64,000 nucleotides of DNA from Sandaracinaceae bacterium (GCA_044220955.1 JBGAQA010000026.1:15125-79124); one strand, 5' to 3'. Shown: positions 39,897 to 49,753, counted from the stretch's first letter. The notes: generated by a model from the sequence alone, not told the origin. Numbers and translations are program-made.

Positions 39897-40667
39897 CTAG
39901 GGCTCGGTGCGGCGCTTGCGCTCGCGCGGCGTCTCGCTCTCGCTCTCGCCATCGCTCTCGCTCTCGCCCTCGCTCTCGCTCTGCACCCGCGTCTTCGGAG
40001 GCGCAGGCACGAGGTCGTGGAACACGAAGTGGAGCGCGCCGACGCTCTCGTCGACCTCGGCGGTGATCCTGGTCCCGTCGCTCATGCGCGTGAGCGCCTC
40101 GTCGGCGAGCTTGGCCGGGATGCGCAGCGCCGTGGCGACGTCGTCCGCGGTGAGATCCCCGTGGCGCTTGGCCGCCAGGGCGAGGATGCGCTGATCGAGC
40201 GCCCGGTTGCGCTGGCGCTCCAGCTCGCGCGTGCGCGCGCGGCCTGCTCCGATCAGCGCCGCCCCGCCGCCGACCCCGACGATCGCCGCCGCCAACGCGA
40301 CGACGAGCCCGACGCCGGACGCGCCGAGGAGCGCGAGCGACGCGGCCGCGATGCCGAGGCCCGCGAACGCCCAGAACGCTCCGAGGCCGCCGAGCGGACC
40401 GGCGCGCGGATCGGCCGCCGGCGCGAGCGGCACCAGGGAGGTGCGCGCGTCCGGCTCGCCGAGGACGGTCGTCTGGGGCAGCCGGTCCCGCGGCTTGCCG
40501 CAGGCAAGGCATGCGAAGCCAGCGCCGACCGGCCGCACGGCGGCGATCGCGTTGCAGTGCGGGCACCGGTTGTCGTCGCCGAACACCCGTCCGCAGCCGG
40601 GGCAGCGCACGGCGCCCTCGGGGATCGCCGTACTGCACGTCGGGCACTTGTCGGGGATGCCGTCCAT
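39897..40667 (-). CDS. Zinc-ribbon membrane protein
   Basis: Four CxxC pairs, two TMs, winged-helix-like C-terminus, (ES/EG)n tail. Confidence 0.75.
   Translation of the reverse strand: MDGIPDKCPTCSTAIPEGAVRCPGCGRVFGDDNRCPHCNAIAAVRPVGAGFACLACGKPRDRLPQTTVLGEPDARTSLVPLAPAADPRAGPLGGLGAFWAFAGLGIAAASLALLGASGVGLVVALAAAIVGVGGGAALIGAGRARTRELERQRNRALDQRILALAAKRHGDLTADDVATALRIPAKLADEALTRMSDGTRITAEVDESVGALHFVFHDLVPAPPKTRVQSESEGESESDGESESETPRERKRRTEP
39933..39980. repeat. (CTCGCY)n tract, about 8 units, in-frame (ESEGESESDGESES)
   Basis: Same hexamer as at 20214 and 63928. Confidence 0.85.
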
Positions 40668-40780
40668 CGACGGCTAGCGCTCCGACCCGACCGAGGGCGC
40701 GGGCGTGCCGCCCCCCTCCCCGGCCCCCTCGGCCCCGCGCCGCGACGGTGATCGCATCGACACTCCTGCGCCGCGGCGCT

Positions 40781-41323
40781 TCAGCGCACGACGACGCTCG
40801 TCGCCTCGATCGAGAGCTCGTCCGCGGTTGCGAGCGCACCCTCGCTCGCGAGGTGCGCGCGGGCCTCGGGCGAGAGCGGCGTGACGCGCACCCGCCCCTC
40901 GACGGTGGCGTCGTGCCCGGCGACGTCGCGGGGAAGGAAGAAGGAGTGGCCGGCCATCGGGACACGCACCGCGCCCGCGCCGTCCGCGCTCAGCTCCATC
41001 CAGCAGCCCATCCGCTGGCAGACGCGCTCGATGCGGCCCGCGGTGCGCACGGTCTGCCCCTCGAAGGTGGCAGGCGAGCCCGCGATGTCGGCGAGCGCGG
41101 TCTCCGGGCGATCGCTCGGCGCGGCTCCGAACTGCCGCGAGCCGTCCGCGAGCACGGCCGAGGGCTGCGGGCCGTCCAGGACCTCCGGCTCGGCGCTCGC
41201 CTCTTCGTGGTGCTCGCACGCGCCGGCGCACTGGGCATGCTGCTCGTGCGCCGTCCCCTCGAGCGTCGGCTGCTCGCCGCCGCACGCCACCAGGACCAGC
41301 AGCACCCACCACGACTCACGCAT
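40781..41323 (-). CDS. DUF4920-like OB-fold lipoprotein
   Basis: LVAC lipobox; His/Cys-rich linker; VCQRMGCWMEL. Confidence 0.8.
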   Translation of the reverse strand: MRESWWVLLVLVACGGEQPTLEGTAHEQHAQCAGACEHHEEASAEPEVLDGPQPSAVLADGSRQFGAAPSDRPETALADIAGSPATFEGQTVRTAGRIERVCQRMGCWMELSADGAGAVRVPMAGHSFFLPRDVAGHDATVEGRVRVTPLSPEARAHLASEGALATADELSIEATSVVVR

Positions 41324-41726
41324 CGGACACTCCCAGCAGCTTGTTCATCGACACCTCGTCGGCGGGCGTGAACGGATACGCATCGAACTCGGACGAGGTC
41401 ACCCAGCGAAACGAGTGCACGGCGAGGCACTCGGGCTCACCGTGCACGATGCGGCAGGCGTAGACGTTCAGGTCGACCGTGTAGTGCTCGTACGCGTGCG
41501 GCTCGGCCGACACCAGCTCGCCCACCTCGACCCGGACCCCGAGCCGTTCGGTCAGCTCACGTGCCAGGGCGCGCGCGTCGGTCTCGCCGGCCTCGACCTT
41601 GCCGCCCGGGAACTCCCAGAGGAGCGGCAGCACCGCGTTCGGGCGGCGCTGGGTGATGAGGTAGCGCCCCCCCTGCTCGATGATGGCCGCGACGACGCGG
41701 ATGGTGCGCTGCTGCGTGGGCGACAC
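41316..41726 (-). CDS. MutT/NudG-like Nudix hydrolase
   Basis: WEFPGGKVEAGE...ALARELTERLG Nudix box; PAD near the C-terminus. Confidence 0.9.
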   Translation of the reverse strand: MSPTQQRTIRVVAAIIEQGGRYLITQRRPNAVLPLLWEFPGGKVEAGETDARALARELTERLGVRVEVGELVSAEPHAYEHYTVDLNVYACRIVHGEPECLAVHSFRWVTSSEFDAYPFTPADEVSMNKLLGVSDA

Positions 41727-41747
41727 GAGGCTCCTCGGAAACGGCGC

Positions 41748-41755
41748 GGTATACC
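41748..41755. promoter_or_regulatory. Palindromic -10 (GGTATACC), putative bidirectional promoter
   Basis: Centred in the 48-bp gap between divergent starts at 41726 and 41775. Confidence 0.55.
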
Positions 41756-41774
41756 ACTTCTGTCGGCACCCTTC

Positions 41775-42692
41775 ATGCGCACCCGCATCGCCTACTTCGG
41801 GCTCCCGCTGGGGGCGAACGTCCTGTGCCACGCGGGCGCCGAGCTCGTCTCGGTCGCGCTCGGCCACCCGGACGCCGTCGGCGCGCGCCGCCTCCGTCGC
41901 TCGACGCGCGGGCGGCTGCTCCTCGGTCGTCCCTCGCTCGACGACGAGACGATCGTGCGCGCCATCGCCTCGACCGAGCCCGACGTGATCCTCTCCTGGT
42001 TCTGGCCCAGGCGCATCCCGGCGCGCGTGCTCGCCCTCGCGCCGCGCGGCGCGTTCGGCGTGCATCCCTCGCTCTTGCCGCGCCATCGCGGCGGCGACCC
42101 GTACTTCCACGCCATCCTCGCGGGGGACGCCGAGACGGGCGTGACCTTGCACCGGCTCGAGGCCGCGTACGACACGGGCGCCGTCGTCGACGCGATCCGC
42201 GTGCCGATCCGGCCGACCGACGACGCGTGGCGGCTCGCGCGACGCTTGGATCGCCCGTCCCTGCGCCTCTTGATCTCGTGCGCCGAGCGGCTCGCGCGCG
42301 GCGAGGCGCTCCGCGGCGCGCCGCAAGACGAGGCCCTCGCGACGGCGGCCGAGCCCCCGAGCGAGGACGACCTCGCGATCGACTGGGATCGCGACGCGGC
42401 GTACCTGGAGCGGCTCTGTCGCGCGGCCGGGCCGACACCCGGGGCGATCGCCCAGCTCGGCGACACGCTCGTGGCCGTCCTCGCGGCGCGCCCGATCGCC
42501 GCCGCGCCGCGGGTGCTCGAGCCCGGCGAGGCGTTCTTCGTCGAGGGCCGGGTGCGCGTGCGCACCGGCGACGGCGGCGCGCTCGCGATCGATCGGGTCC
42601 GCGTCGAGGAGACCGAGGACGAAGCGATCGGAGCGAGCGTCGGCCGCGAGCTAGGGGGCGACGAGATCGCGCGCCTCGTGCCGCGGTCGTGA
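41775..42692 (+). CDS. Methionyl-tRNA formyltransferase-like (formyltransferase family) protein
   Basis: GVHPSLLPRHRG, GVTLH, DTG, IDW C-terminal domain. Confidence 0.85.
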   Translation: MRTRIAYFGLPLGANVLCHAGAELVSVALGHPDAVGARRLRRSTRGRLLLGRPSLDDETIVRAIASTEPDVILSWFWPRRIPARVLALAPRGAFGVHPSLLPRHRGGDPYFHAILAGDAETGVTLHRLEAAYDTGAVVDAIRVPIRPTDDAWRLARRLDRPSLRLLISCAERLARGEALRGAPQDEALATAAEPPSEDDLAIDWDRDAAYLERLCRAAGPTPGAIAQLGDTLVAVLAARPIAAAPRVLEPGEAFFVEGRVRVRTGDGGALAIDRVRVEETEDEAIGASVGRELGGDEIARLVPRS

Positions 42693-42773
42693 CGAGGCGC
42701 AAGACCGCGCCGATGGAGGGCGTGGACGTCACGCGATCGACGAATCGCGCACCTGCCCGCCGGATCGGCGTCG

Positions 42774-42863
42774 TTTCGAGCACTTGCGACCCCGTGGAGT
42801 GACCCCGTGCTGGGACCCCGTGCTGAGGCCGGGGGACGGAACATCGCTGACCCCCGTACGTCA
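42774..42863 (+). promoter_or_regulatory. IHF-like site, three 13-bp-period direct repeats and an ECF-type promoter
   Basis: TTTCGAGCACTTG (42774); GACCCCGTG at 42788, 42801, 42814; GGAAC-N16-CGTCA (42838-42863). Confidence 0.55.
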
Positions 42864-42871
42864 GGTAGGCG

Positions 42872-43990
42872 ATGCGCGCGTCCATCCTGGTCCTGCTGAC
42901 GCTCGTCGGGCTCCCCGGGGCGGCCCACGCCGACGCGCGCGCGATGGTCGTGGCACGAGGGGCGGACGGGACGTGGTCGAGCGCGCCGGTGCAAGCCAGC
43001 CTGGGGCAGGACGTGCCCCTCTCGGTCGCCGTGCTCGACGGGGATCGGCTCCTCGCGCCGGGGCCGGTGCGGCTCGGCCGCCGCACGCGACGTGCAGGCG
43101 CGCTGCCCGACGGCACGACCGTTCGCTGGCTGCGAGTCGAGCCCCGCCTCTTCCACACGCACACGCCGCCACCGAACCCCGGCATCGAGTCCTTCAGCAA
43201 CGCCGTGCTGACGGGCCCACGCCACGGCGCCTGGCTGGGCTACGACACGCTCGAGTACGACACGCGGCTGCTCGCGGAGAGCACGGACGTGGTCGTCGAG
43301 GACACGCGCGTGCGGATCGCGGCGGCGCACCCGAGCGCGGGCGCGCAGGACGTGCACGGCGGCGCGGGGTCGATCTGGATCGCGGCCGTCGTGACCCTGC
43401 CCGACGGGCGGGTCCTCGCCACGCCGGACGGCACGAGCGTCGATCGCTACGGCCTGACGCGCGACGTGATGCGCGTCTCGTTCCGCACGGGCGACGACTA
43501 CCTCGGCTGGCTCTCGACCTACTTCAACGTCCCCAACCTCTTCGGCTCGAGCGGCGGCCGCGGCGAGCACCAGACCGACCGCTACGTCGGGGCCGACTGT
43601 GCCGACGTGCTGGTCGGCGGGCGCCGCGCGATGGGGGCGCGCTTCCCGTACGCGTCCGTGGCCGGGATCGGGACGTACGCGACGCCCCGCACCGACGCGT
43701 TCGAGCAGCGCGAGGACGGCAGCGAGTCGATCGCGCTGCGCTGGGGCGCGGACGTGACGCCAGGGGACCTCGTCACCATCGACTACGAGAACCCGGGCGA
43801 CGGCGCCGCGCTGCCCCGCGCGTGGGATCACATCGGCGCGCTCGTCCGGGACGACGACGGCGACGGCGTGCTGAGCAGCGGCGACGTGCTGCGGCACATG
43901 GGGTTTCTCGGCCTGACGGATCAGCCCCTGCGCGTGCATGGCCACGTGCGCCTGCGCGTCTACCGGTGGAGAGCCTCCCCGCGGCGGTGA
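42872..43990 (+). CDS. Secreted protein with C-terminal NlpC/P60-like (papain-fold) domain
   Basis: Signal ending AHA-D; DCAD, PGDLV, HIG, LRH pattern. Confidence 0.65.
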   Translation: MRASILVLLTLVGLPGAAHADARAMVVARGADGTWSSAPVQASLGQDVPLSVAVLDGDRLLAPGPVRLGRRTRRAGALPDGTTVRWLRVEPRLFHTHTPPPNPGIESFSNAVLTGPRHGAWLGYDTLEYDTRLLAESTDVVVEDTRVRIAAAHPSAGAQDVHGGAGSIWIAAVVTLPDGRVLATPDGTSVDRYGLTRDVMRVSFRTGDDYLGWLSTYFNVPNLFGSSGGRGEHQTDRYVGADCADVLVGGRRAMGARFPYASVAGIGTYATPRTDAFEQREDGSESIALRWGADVTPGDLVTIDYENPGDGAALPRAWDHIGALVRDDDGDGVLSSGDVLRHMGFLGLTDQPLRVHGHVRLRVYRWRASPRR

Positions 43991-44083
43991 GCCCGCGCGC
44001 TCGCGCGATCGCGTTTCGCTGCGCCCGCGCACGCCACCCCGCCGAAATCCCTCGTGTTCGCGGGCCGGGCGTCGCGGCCCCGG

Positions 44084-44112
44084 TTGACCTCGGCCGCGAG
44101 GCCCGATAGAGG
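44084..44112 (+). promoter_or_regulatory. Sigma70-like promoter of purH
   Basis: TTGACC-N17-TAGAGG, then GGAGG RBS before ATG 44142. Confidence 0.6.
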
Positions 44113-44141
44113 CCGCCTCGCATCGCACCCGGGAGGTCGTC

Positions 44142-45716
44142 ATGGCGCGCGTGGAGAGGGCTCTCGTCTCGGTCTCGGACAAGCGTGGGGTCGTCGATCT
44201 CTGTCGCGCCCTGGCCGACGCGGGCGTCACCATCCTCTCGACCGGGGGCACCGCGAACGCGCTCCGCGGCGCCGGGATCGCGGTCACGGACGTGGCCGAG
44301 TACACCGGCTCGCCCGAGGTGATGGACGGACGGGTCAAGACGCTCCACCCGCGAGTGCACGGGGGGATCCTGATGCGCGACACCATCGGCGACCGCACGC
44401 AGCTCACCGAGCTCGGCGGGCAGCCGATCGACCTCGTGGTCGTGAACCTCTACCCGTTCGAGGCCACGGTCGCGCGCGGCGCGCCGCACGACGAGATCGT
44501 CGAGAACATCGACATCGGGGGCCCCTCGATGATCCGCAGCGCGGCCAAGAACCACGCGCGCGTCAGCGTGGTCGTGGACCCGGGCGACTACGCGAGCGTG
44601 ATCGACGCGATCCAGAAGGACGGCGAGCCCGGCAAGGAGCTGCGCGCGAGGCTCGCGGCCAAGGCCTTCTCGCACACCGCCGCGTACGACGGCGCGATCG
44701 CGGGATACCTGACGTCCGTGAAGGACGACGGAAAGCGCGACGCGTTCCCGGGCACGCTCACGTTCTCGCTCGAGAAGGCCTACGGCCTGCGCTACGGGGA
44801 GAACCCGCACCAGGCGGGCGCCTTCTACGTCGAGCGCAACGCGCCCGCGGGCTCGCTCGCGCGGGCGGAGTCGCTCGGCGCGGGCGGCAAGGAGCTCTCG
44901 TTCAACAACCTCGTCGACTGCGACGCGGCGCTCGAGGCGGTGCGCGAGCACACCGAGCGTCCGACCGCCGTGGTGGTGAAGCACACCAACCCGTGCGGTG
45001 TCGCGAGCGCGGCCTCGCTCGCGGAGGCTTATCACCAGGCTCGCGAGGCCGACGCGCTCAGCGCGTTCGGCGGCATCGTCGCGCTCAACCGCGAGGTGGA
45101 CGACGCGACGGCGAGGCTGCTCGTCGAGACCTTCCTCGAGTGCGTGATCGCCCCCTCGTACTCGGCCTCGGCGCTGGAGCTGCTGCGGGCGAAGAAGAAC
45201 CTGCGCCTGCTCGCGACGCGCGCCTGGCTCGCGCCCGATCACGCCGAGCTCACCGCCAAGCGGGTCGGCGGCGGGTTCGTGGTGCAGGACCGCGACGCCA
45301 CGGGCGGCACGGAGGTGCGCGCCGGCAAGGTCGCGACCAAGCGGGCGCCGAGCGACGCCGAGCTCGCGTCGCTCGACTTCGCGTGGCGCGTCTGCAAGCA
45401 CGTGAAGTCGAACGCGATCGTGCTGGCCCGGTCGACGACGGAGGGCGCCGTGACGGTCGGCGTCGGCGCCGGGCAGATGTCGCGCGTGGTGAGCGTGCAG
45501 ATCGCCGCGCAGAAGGCCGGCGAGCTGTCACGCGGCTCGGTCATGGCGTCGGACGCGTTCTTCCCCTTCCCCGACGGCCTCGAGGCCGCGGCGAAGGTCG
45601 GCGTGACCGCCGTCGCGCAGCCTGGAGGCTCCGTGAAGGACGCGGACGTCATCGCCGCGGCCGACGCGCACGGGATCGCGATGATCCTGACGGGCGCACG
45701 CCACTTCCGGCACTGA
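44142..45716 (+). CDS. purH: Bifunctional AICAR transformylase/IMP cyclohydrolase
   Basis: [45 protein letters not shown]. Confidence 0.98.
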   Translation: MARVERALVSVSDKRGVVDLCRALADAGVTILSTGGTANALRGAGIAVTDVAEYTGSPEVMDGRVKTLHPRVHGGILMRDTIGDRTQLTELGGQPIDLVVVNLYPFEATVARGAPHDEIVENIDIGGPSMIRSAAKNHARVSVVVDPGDYASVIDAIQKDGEPGKELRARLAAKAFSHTAAYDGAIAGYLTSVKDDGKRDAFPGTLTFSLEKAYGLRYGENPHQAGAFYVERNAPAGSLARAESLGAGGKELSFNNLVDCDAALEAVREHTERPTAVVVKHTNPCGVASAASLAEAYHQAREADALSAFGGIVALNREVDDATARLLVETFLECVIAPSYSASALELLRAKKNLRLLATRAWLAPDHAELTAKRVGGGFVVQDRDATGGTEVRAGKVATKRAPSDAELASLDFAWRVCKHVKSNAIVLARSTTEGAVTVGVGAGQMSRVVSVQIAAQKAGELSRGSVMASDAFFPFPDGLEAAAKVGVTAVAQPGGSVKDADVIAAADAHGIAMILTGARHFRH

Positions 45717-45782
45717 AGGCCCGAGAGCGAGCGGCTGGACGCGACTCCCCTCATCCGTGCGCGCTCGGTATATCCTCGAGCG

Positions 45783-46319
45783 ATGGCGATCCGGGTGCTG
45801 GCGCTCGTCGCGACGCTCGTCGCGGGCTGCACGCTACCGCGCGCGGTGATCCCGGGCTCCGGGCCGGGCCTGGACGCAGGCACCGGCGAGATCGACGCGG
45901 GACGGGTCACGGACGCGGGGCCGCCGCCCATGGACACGGCCCTCACGCCGGACGATGCGAGCGTCACGCCGACGGACGCCTGGACCCCGCCGCCCGTCGA
46001 CGCCTGGACCCCGCCGCCCGTCGACGCCTGGACCCCGCCGCCCGTCGACGCCTGGACCCCGCCGGGCCCCCGCGCCTGCGACGCGATCTACGGCTCCGCG
46101 GACGGATACAGCCTCTGCACGGACGCCCCGACCCAGTGCGTGTTCGTCGCGACGCTCTACTACATCTACAACTGCAACGACGTCTGCAGCGACCACGGCG
46201 GCACGTGCATCTCGCAGCACTTCAACGGCGGCTCGGACGGCTGCACGCTGGGCGGCAACGACGGGTGCGGCGCGCGCGGCGCGTGGGACGAGGCCTGCGT
46301 CTGCACACACCCTCCCTGA
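45783..46319 (+). CDS. Small lipoprotein with repeat linker and Cys-rich C-terminal domain
   Basis: VAGC lipobox; (DAWTPPPV)n; TATCCT-N6-ATG. Confidence 0.75.
   Translation: MAIRVLALVATLVAGCTLPRAVIPGSGPGLDAGTGEIDAGRVTDAGPPPMDTALTPDDASVTPTDAWTPPPVDAWTPPPVDAWTPPPVDAWTPPGPRACDAIYGSADGYSLCTDAPTQCVFVATLYYIYNCNDVCSDHGGTCISQHFNGGSDGCTLGGNDGCGARGAWDEACVCTHPP
45975..46064 (+). repeat. 24-bp perfect tandem repeat x3.75 (GACGCCTGGACCCCGCCGCCCGTC)
   Basis: Read directly; in frame. Confidence 0.95.
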
Positions 46320-46379
46320 TCATCGCCCGGTCGCCGGCGAATTCGGCTATCCTGAGGGTCTCCGGATCGTGGAGGTCTT

Positions 46380-48356
46380 ATGAAGCGCGTCGTTTCGCTG
46401 ATGCTCCTCTCGCTCGGCTTGGTCGTGGTCGTCGCGGCTGCGGGCTGCGACCCCGGCTCGCCCGTCACCCGCGGACGCCGCGACGGAGCGCCGGAGGACG
46501 GCGGCGGCGTCATGATGGCCGACGCGGACGGCGACGGTATCCCCGACTCCTTCGAGGGACGCGCGGCCGGGACCGACACCGACGGCGACGGGACCGCCGA
46601 CTACCTCGACGACGACAGCGACGGCGACGGCGTGCCGGACTCGGCCGAGGGCGGCCACCCCGGCGGAGCGCCGCGTGACGCCGACGGCGACGGGACTCCG
46701 GACTTCCAGGATCTCGACTCCGACGGGAACGGCATCCTCGACGCGACCGAAGGTGCGTCGGACCTCGACGCCGACGGGACCCCGAATTCCAGCGATCTCG
46801 ACAACGACGGCGACGGAATCGACGACACGATGGAGATCGGCGCGATGCCCTCGACGCCGATCGACGCCGATCACGACGGCATGCCCGACTTCGTGGACAC
46901 GGACAGCGACGACGACACGATCTCCGATCACGACGAGTCGACCGCCGACACGGATCGCGACGGCACCGCCGACCGCATGGACACGGACAGCGACAACGAC
47001 GGGCTCACGGACTCGGTGGAGGCGGGCGACGCGGTCCTGACCACCATCCCGGTCGACACCGACGGCGACCACGTCGCCGACTTCCGCGACACGGACTCCG
47101 ACGGCGACGGCCTCTCCGACATGGCGGAGGCTACGGCGGGCACGAGCCCGACGAACGCGGACAGCGACGGCGACGGCGTGACCGACCTCGTCGAGGTCGC
47201 GAGCGGCACGAACCCGATGGACTCGGCCGACAGCCCGCGCACGCGCGGCAACTTCGTGTTCGTCGAGCCCTACATGATGCCCCCCTCCCCCCCGCGCGAC
47301 ACGCTCGACTTCGCCACGAACATCCGCTCGGCGGACGTGTACTTCCTGATCGACACGACGGGCTCGATGTCCGGGACGATCACCAACGTGCGCACGTCGC
47401 TCTCGACGCCCGGCAGCGGCATCATCGACACGATCCGCTTGATGATCCCCGACACGAACTTCGGCGTCGGCAACTTCAAGGACTCCGGCGACGCGTACAT
47501 CTACCGGAACAACACGGACATCACGTCGGTCGCGGCCAACGCGCAGGCCGGCGTCAACATGCTCTCGGCGTCCGGCGGCGGTGACACCCCCGAGGGCGAC
47601 GTGCCCGCGCTCTGGGCGACCGCGACCGGCATGGGCATCGGCAGCACCGCCGCGCGCACGGACTGCTTCGCCGGGACGTTCGGCTACCCGTGCTTCCGGA
47701 CCGGCTCGGTGCCCATCATCGTGCTCATCACGGACGCGCCCTTCCACAACGGGCGGGGCGGCACCAACGCGTCGGGCGCGTACCTGAACTACGCCACGAT
47801 GCTGCCGACGATCACCGACAACCACATCCGCGTCATCGGCGTGGCGGTCGGCACGGCGCCGGTCACGGACCTCAACGCCATCGCGATGGACTCGGGCGCG
47901 GTCGACGCGGCCGGCAACCCGCTCGTCACGGTCGCGACGGCAGGTGCCGTCAGCTCGACCGTCGTCGATCAGGTGCGCACGCTCGCGATGGCGACGCGCT
48001 TCGACATCTCGACCCGATACGTCGACGACGCGGCCGACATGGTCGACACGTTCGCCGCGTTCGTCGACCACATCGAGGCCAACACCGCGGGCGACGCGAC
48101 GCGCGGCTGCGCAGCCCGGAGCGCCACCGACACCAACGGCGACGGCGTCCTCGACACCTTCCCGGACGTGACGGCAGGCGAGCGTGTCTGCTTCGACATC
48201 ATCGTGAAGCAGAACGTCACGGTGATGCCGACGGCCGTCCCGCAGCTGTTCAACGCGACCATCGAGGTCGTCGGCGACGGCTTCACGACGCTCGACTCGC
48301 GCCAGATCTTCTTCCTGGTGCCCCCGACCATCCCGCCGGCGGGCGGCCCGACCTGA
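46380..48356 (+). CDS. Lipoprotein with thrombospondin-3-like Ca-binding repeats and integrin-beta-like VWA domain (CglD-like architecture)
   Basis: AAGC lipobox; many DxDxDG..D repeats; DVYFLIDTTGSM, GGDTPEG, ITDAPFH. Confidence 0.8.
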   Translation: MKRVVSLMLLSLGLVVVVAAAGCDPGSPVTRGRRDGAPEDGGGVMMADADGDGIPDSFEGRAAGTDTDGDGTADYLDDDSDGDGVPDSAEGGHPGGAPRDADGDGTPDFQDLDSDGNGILDATEGASDLDADGTPNSSDLDNDGDGIDDTMEIGAMPSTPIDADHDGMPDFVDTDSDDDTISDHDESTADTDRDGTADRMDTDSDNDGLTDSVEAGDAVLTTIPVDTDGDHVADFRDTDSDGDGLSDMAEATAGTSPTNADSDGDGVTDLVEVASGTNPMDSADSPRTRGNFVFVEPYMMPPSPPRDTLDFATNIRSADVYFLIDTTGSMSGTITNVRTSLSTPGSGIIDTIRLMIPDTNFGVGNFKDSGDAYIYRNNTDITSVAANAQAGVNMLSASGGGDTPEGDVPALWATATGMGIGSTAARTDCFAGTFGYPCFRTGSVPIIVLITDAPFHNGRGGTNASGAYLNYATMLPTITDNHIRVIGVAVGTAPVTDLNAIAMDSGAVDAAGNPLVTVATAGAVSSTVVDQVRTLAMATRFDISTRYVDDAADMVDTFAAFVDHIEANTAGDATRGCAARSATDTNGDGVLDTFPDVTAGERVCFDIIVKQNVTVMPTAVPQLFNATIEVVGDGFTTLDSRQIFFLVPPTIPPAGGPT

Positions 48357-48427
48357 GCGGCCGCCGTCCGACGGACGGCTCGATCGTCGTTGCAGAAACG
48401 GCGCTGCCGTTGCGTTACGCTCGGTCC

Positions 48428-49753
48428 ATGCGCTTCACCTCCTTCCTCGGGCTCCTCGTCGTCCTGGTCTCGGTCGCCGGCTGCCCTGGCAGCGACCCGG
48501 GCGTCGCCGGCCCTCCCGCGGGCGACGCTGGCACCGCGACCCGCGACTCGGGCAGCCCCTCCGCCGACACGGGGCTGCCGCCCGGCGAGCCGACCTACTA
48601 CGGCGTGGTGGACGACCTCCTCGCGGAGCACTGCTGGGGCTGTCACTCCGCCGCGGGCGGGGGCATCGCGCCCTTCGTGCTCGACGACTACGACTCCGCG
48701 CGCATGCACGCCGGTCCGGTCGCCGCGGCGACGCAGGCGCGCCGCATGCCTCCCTTCTCCGCGGTCAACGACGGCAGCTGCCGCACGTTCGAGGACCACG
48801 GCCGCTGGCTGAGCGACGAGGAGATCTCGATCCTCGGGACCTGGGCGCTGAACGGCGCGCCCGAGGGCGATCCCAGCGCGGCCCCGCCGATGGTGATGCC
48901 GCCGCCGCACATCACCGCGCCCGACGTGACGCTCGCGATGCCGAGCGCCTTCACGCCCGCGTTGCAGGGGACCAACCCGAACGAGATGCGCTGCTTCGTC
49001 GTCGATCCCGGCGTCACGAGCGACGCGTTCGTCACCGCCTACGAGGTGCTCCCGGGCACGGCGAGCGTCGTGCACCACGTGATCGTCTACGAGCCGGAGA
49101 CCGACGCGGACGCGACCACCGCCGCCGGCCTGCAGATGAGCGACGGGCGGCCCGGGTACGAGTGCAACGGCGGCCCCGCCGTACCGGCGCACCCGATCGC
49201 GCTCTGGGCGCCTGGCGGTCACCGCACCGACTACCCGGCCGGGACCGGCCTGGGCCTGCCCGCGGGCCGCTCGCTCGTGATCCAGGTGCACTACAACATG
49301 AGCTCCATCAGCGGAGCGATCCCGAGCGATCAGACCTCGATCGTGTTCGAGACCGTGCCCACGGTGACGCGCCCCGCCGTGATGATGCTGCTCAGCCAGA
49401 ACAGCCTCAGCCTCGCGCCCCACATGCCGAGCGTGTCCAGCACGCCGCGAGAGCTTCGCGTCCCGGCGAACGGCCTGGTCTGGGGGGTCTTCCCGCACAT
49501 GCACGTCATGGGGCGCCACCTCGGCCTCACGCTGAGCCAGGGCGGAACGGAGAGCTGCGCCCTCGACGTCGAGGGCTGGGACTTCAACTGGCAGCAGGCG
49601 TACTTCTACTCGTCGCCGATCTCGGTCAGCGCGGGAGACCGCGTCACGATCGACTGCACCTACGACACGTCGGCGGCGGACGCGATCACCACGTTCGGCG
49701 AGGGCACGGAGGACGAGATGTGTCTCTCGTTCTTCTACGCGACCGGACGCTGA
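48428..49753 (+). CDS. Lipoprotein: cytochrome c (CxxCH) plus copper type II monooxygenase (PHM/DBH-like) domains
   Basis: VAGC lipobox; CWGCH...MPP; VHH, QVHY, PHMH, DEMC. Confidence 0.85.
   Translation: MRFTSFLGLLVVLVSVAGCPGSDPGVAGPPAGDAGTATRDSGSPSADTGLPPGEPTYYGVVDDLLAEHCWGCHSAAGGGIAPFVLDDYDSARMHAGPVAAATQARRMPPFSAVNDGSCRTFEDHGRWLSDEEISILGTWALNGAPEGDPSAAPPMVMPPPHITAPDVTLAMPSAFTPALQGTNPNEMRCFVVDPGVTSDAFVTAYEVLPGTASVVHHVIVYEPETDADATTAAGLQMSDGRPGYECNGGPAVPAHPIALWAPGGHRTDYPAGTGLGLPAGRSLVIQVHYNMSSISGAIPSDQTSIVFETVPTVTRPAVMMLLSQNSLSLAPHMPSVSSTPRELRVPANGLVWGVFPHMHVMGRHLGLTLSQGGTESCALDVEGWDFNWQQAYFYSSPISVSAGDRVTIDCTYDTSAADAITTFGEGTEDEMCLSFFYATGR

Noticed and set aside
42788..42858. Mini-CRISPR or iteron array
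   Set aside because: Repeats are 9 bp with 4-nt spacers; no cas or rep gene nearby
43991..44141. ZMP/ZTP riboswitch upstream of purH
   Set aside because: Conserved GACUGGCG and CGCCUGGG elements not seen, and the predicted promoter leaves only a ~25-nt leader
46519..47230. DNA-level repeat array (GACGGCGACGG-rich)
   Set aside because: Explained by protein-level DxDxDG calcium-binding repeats
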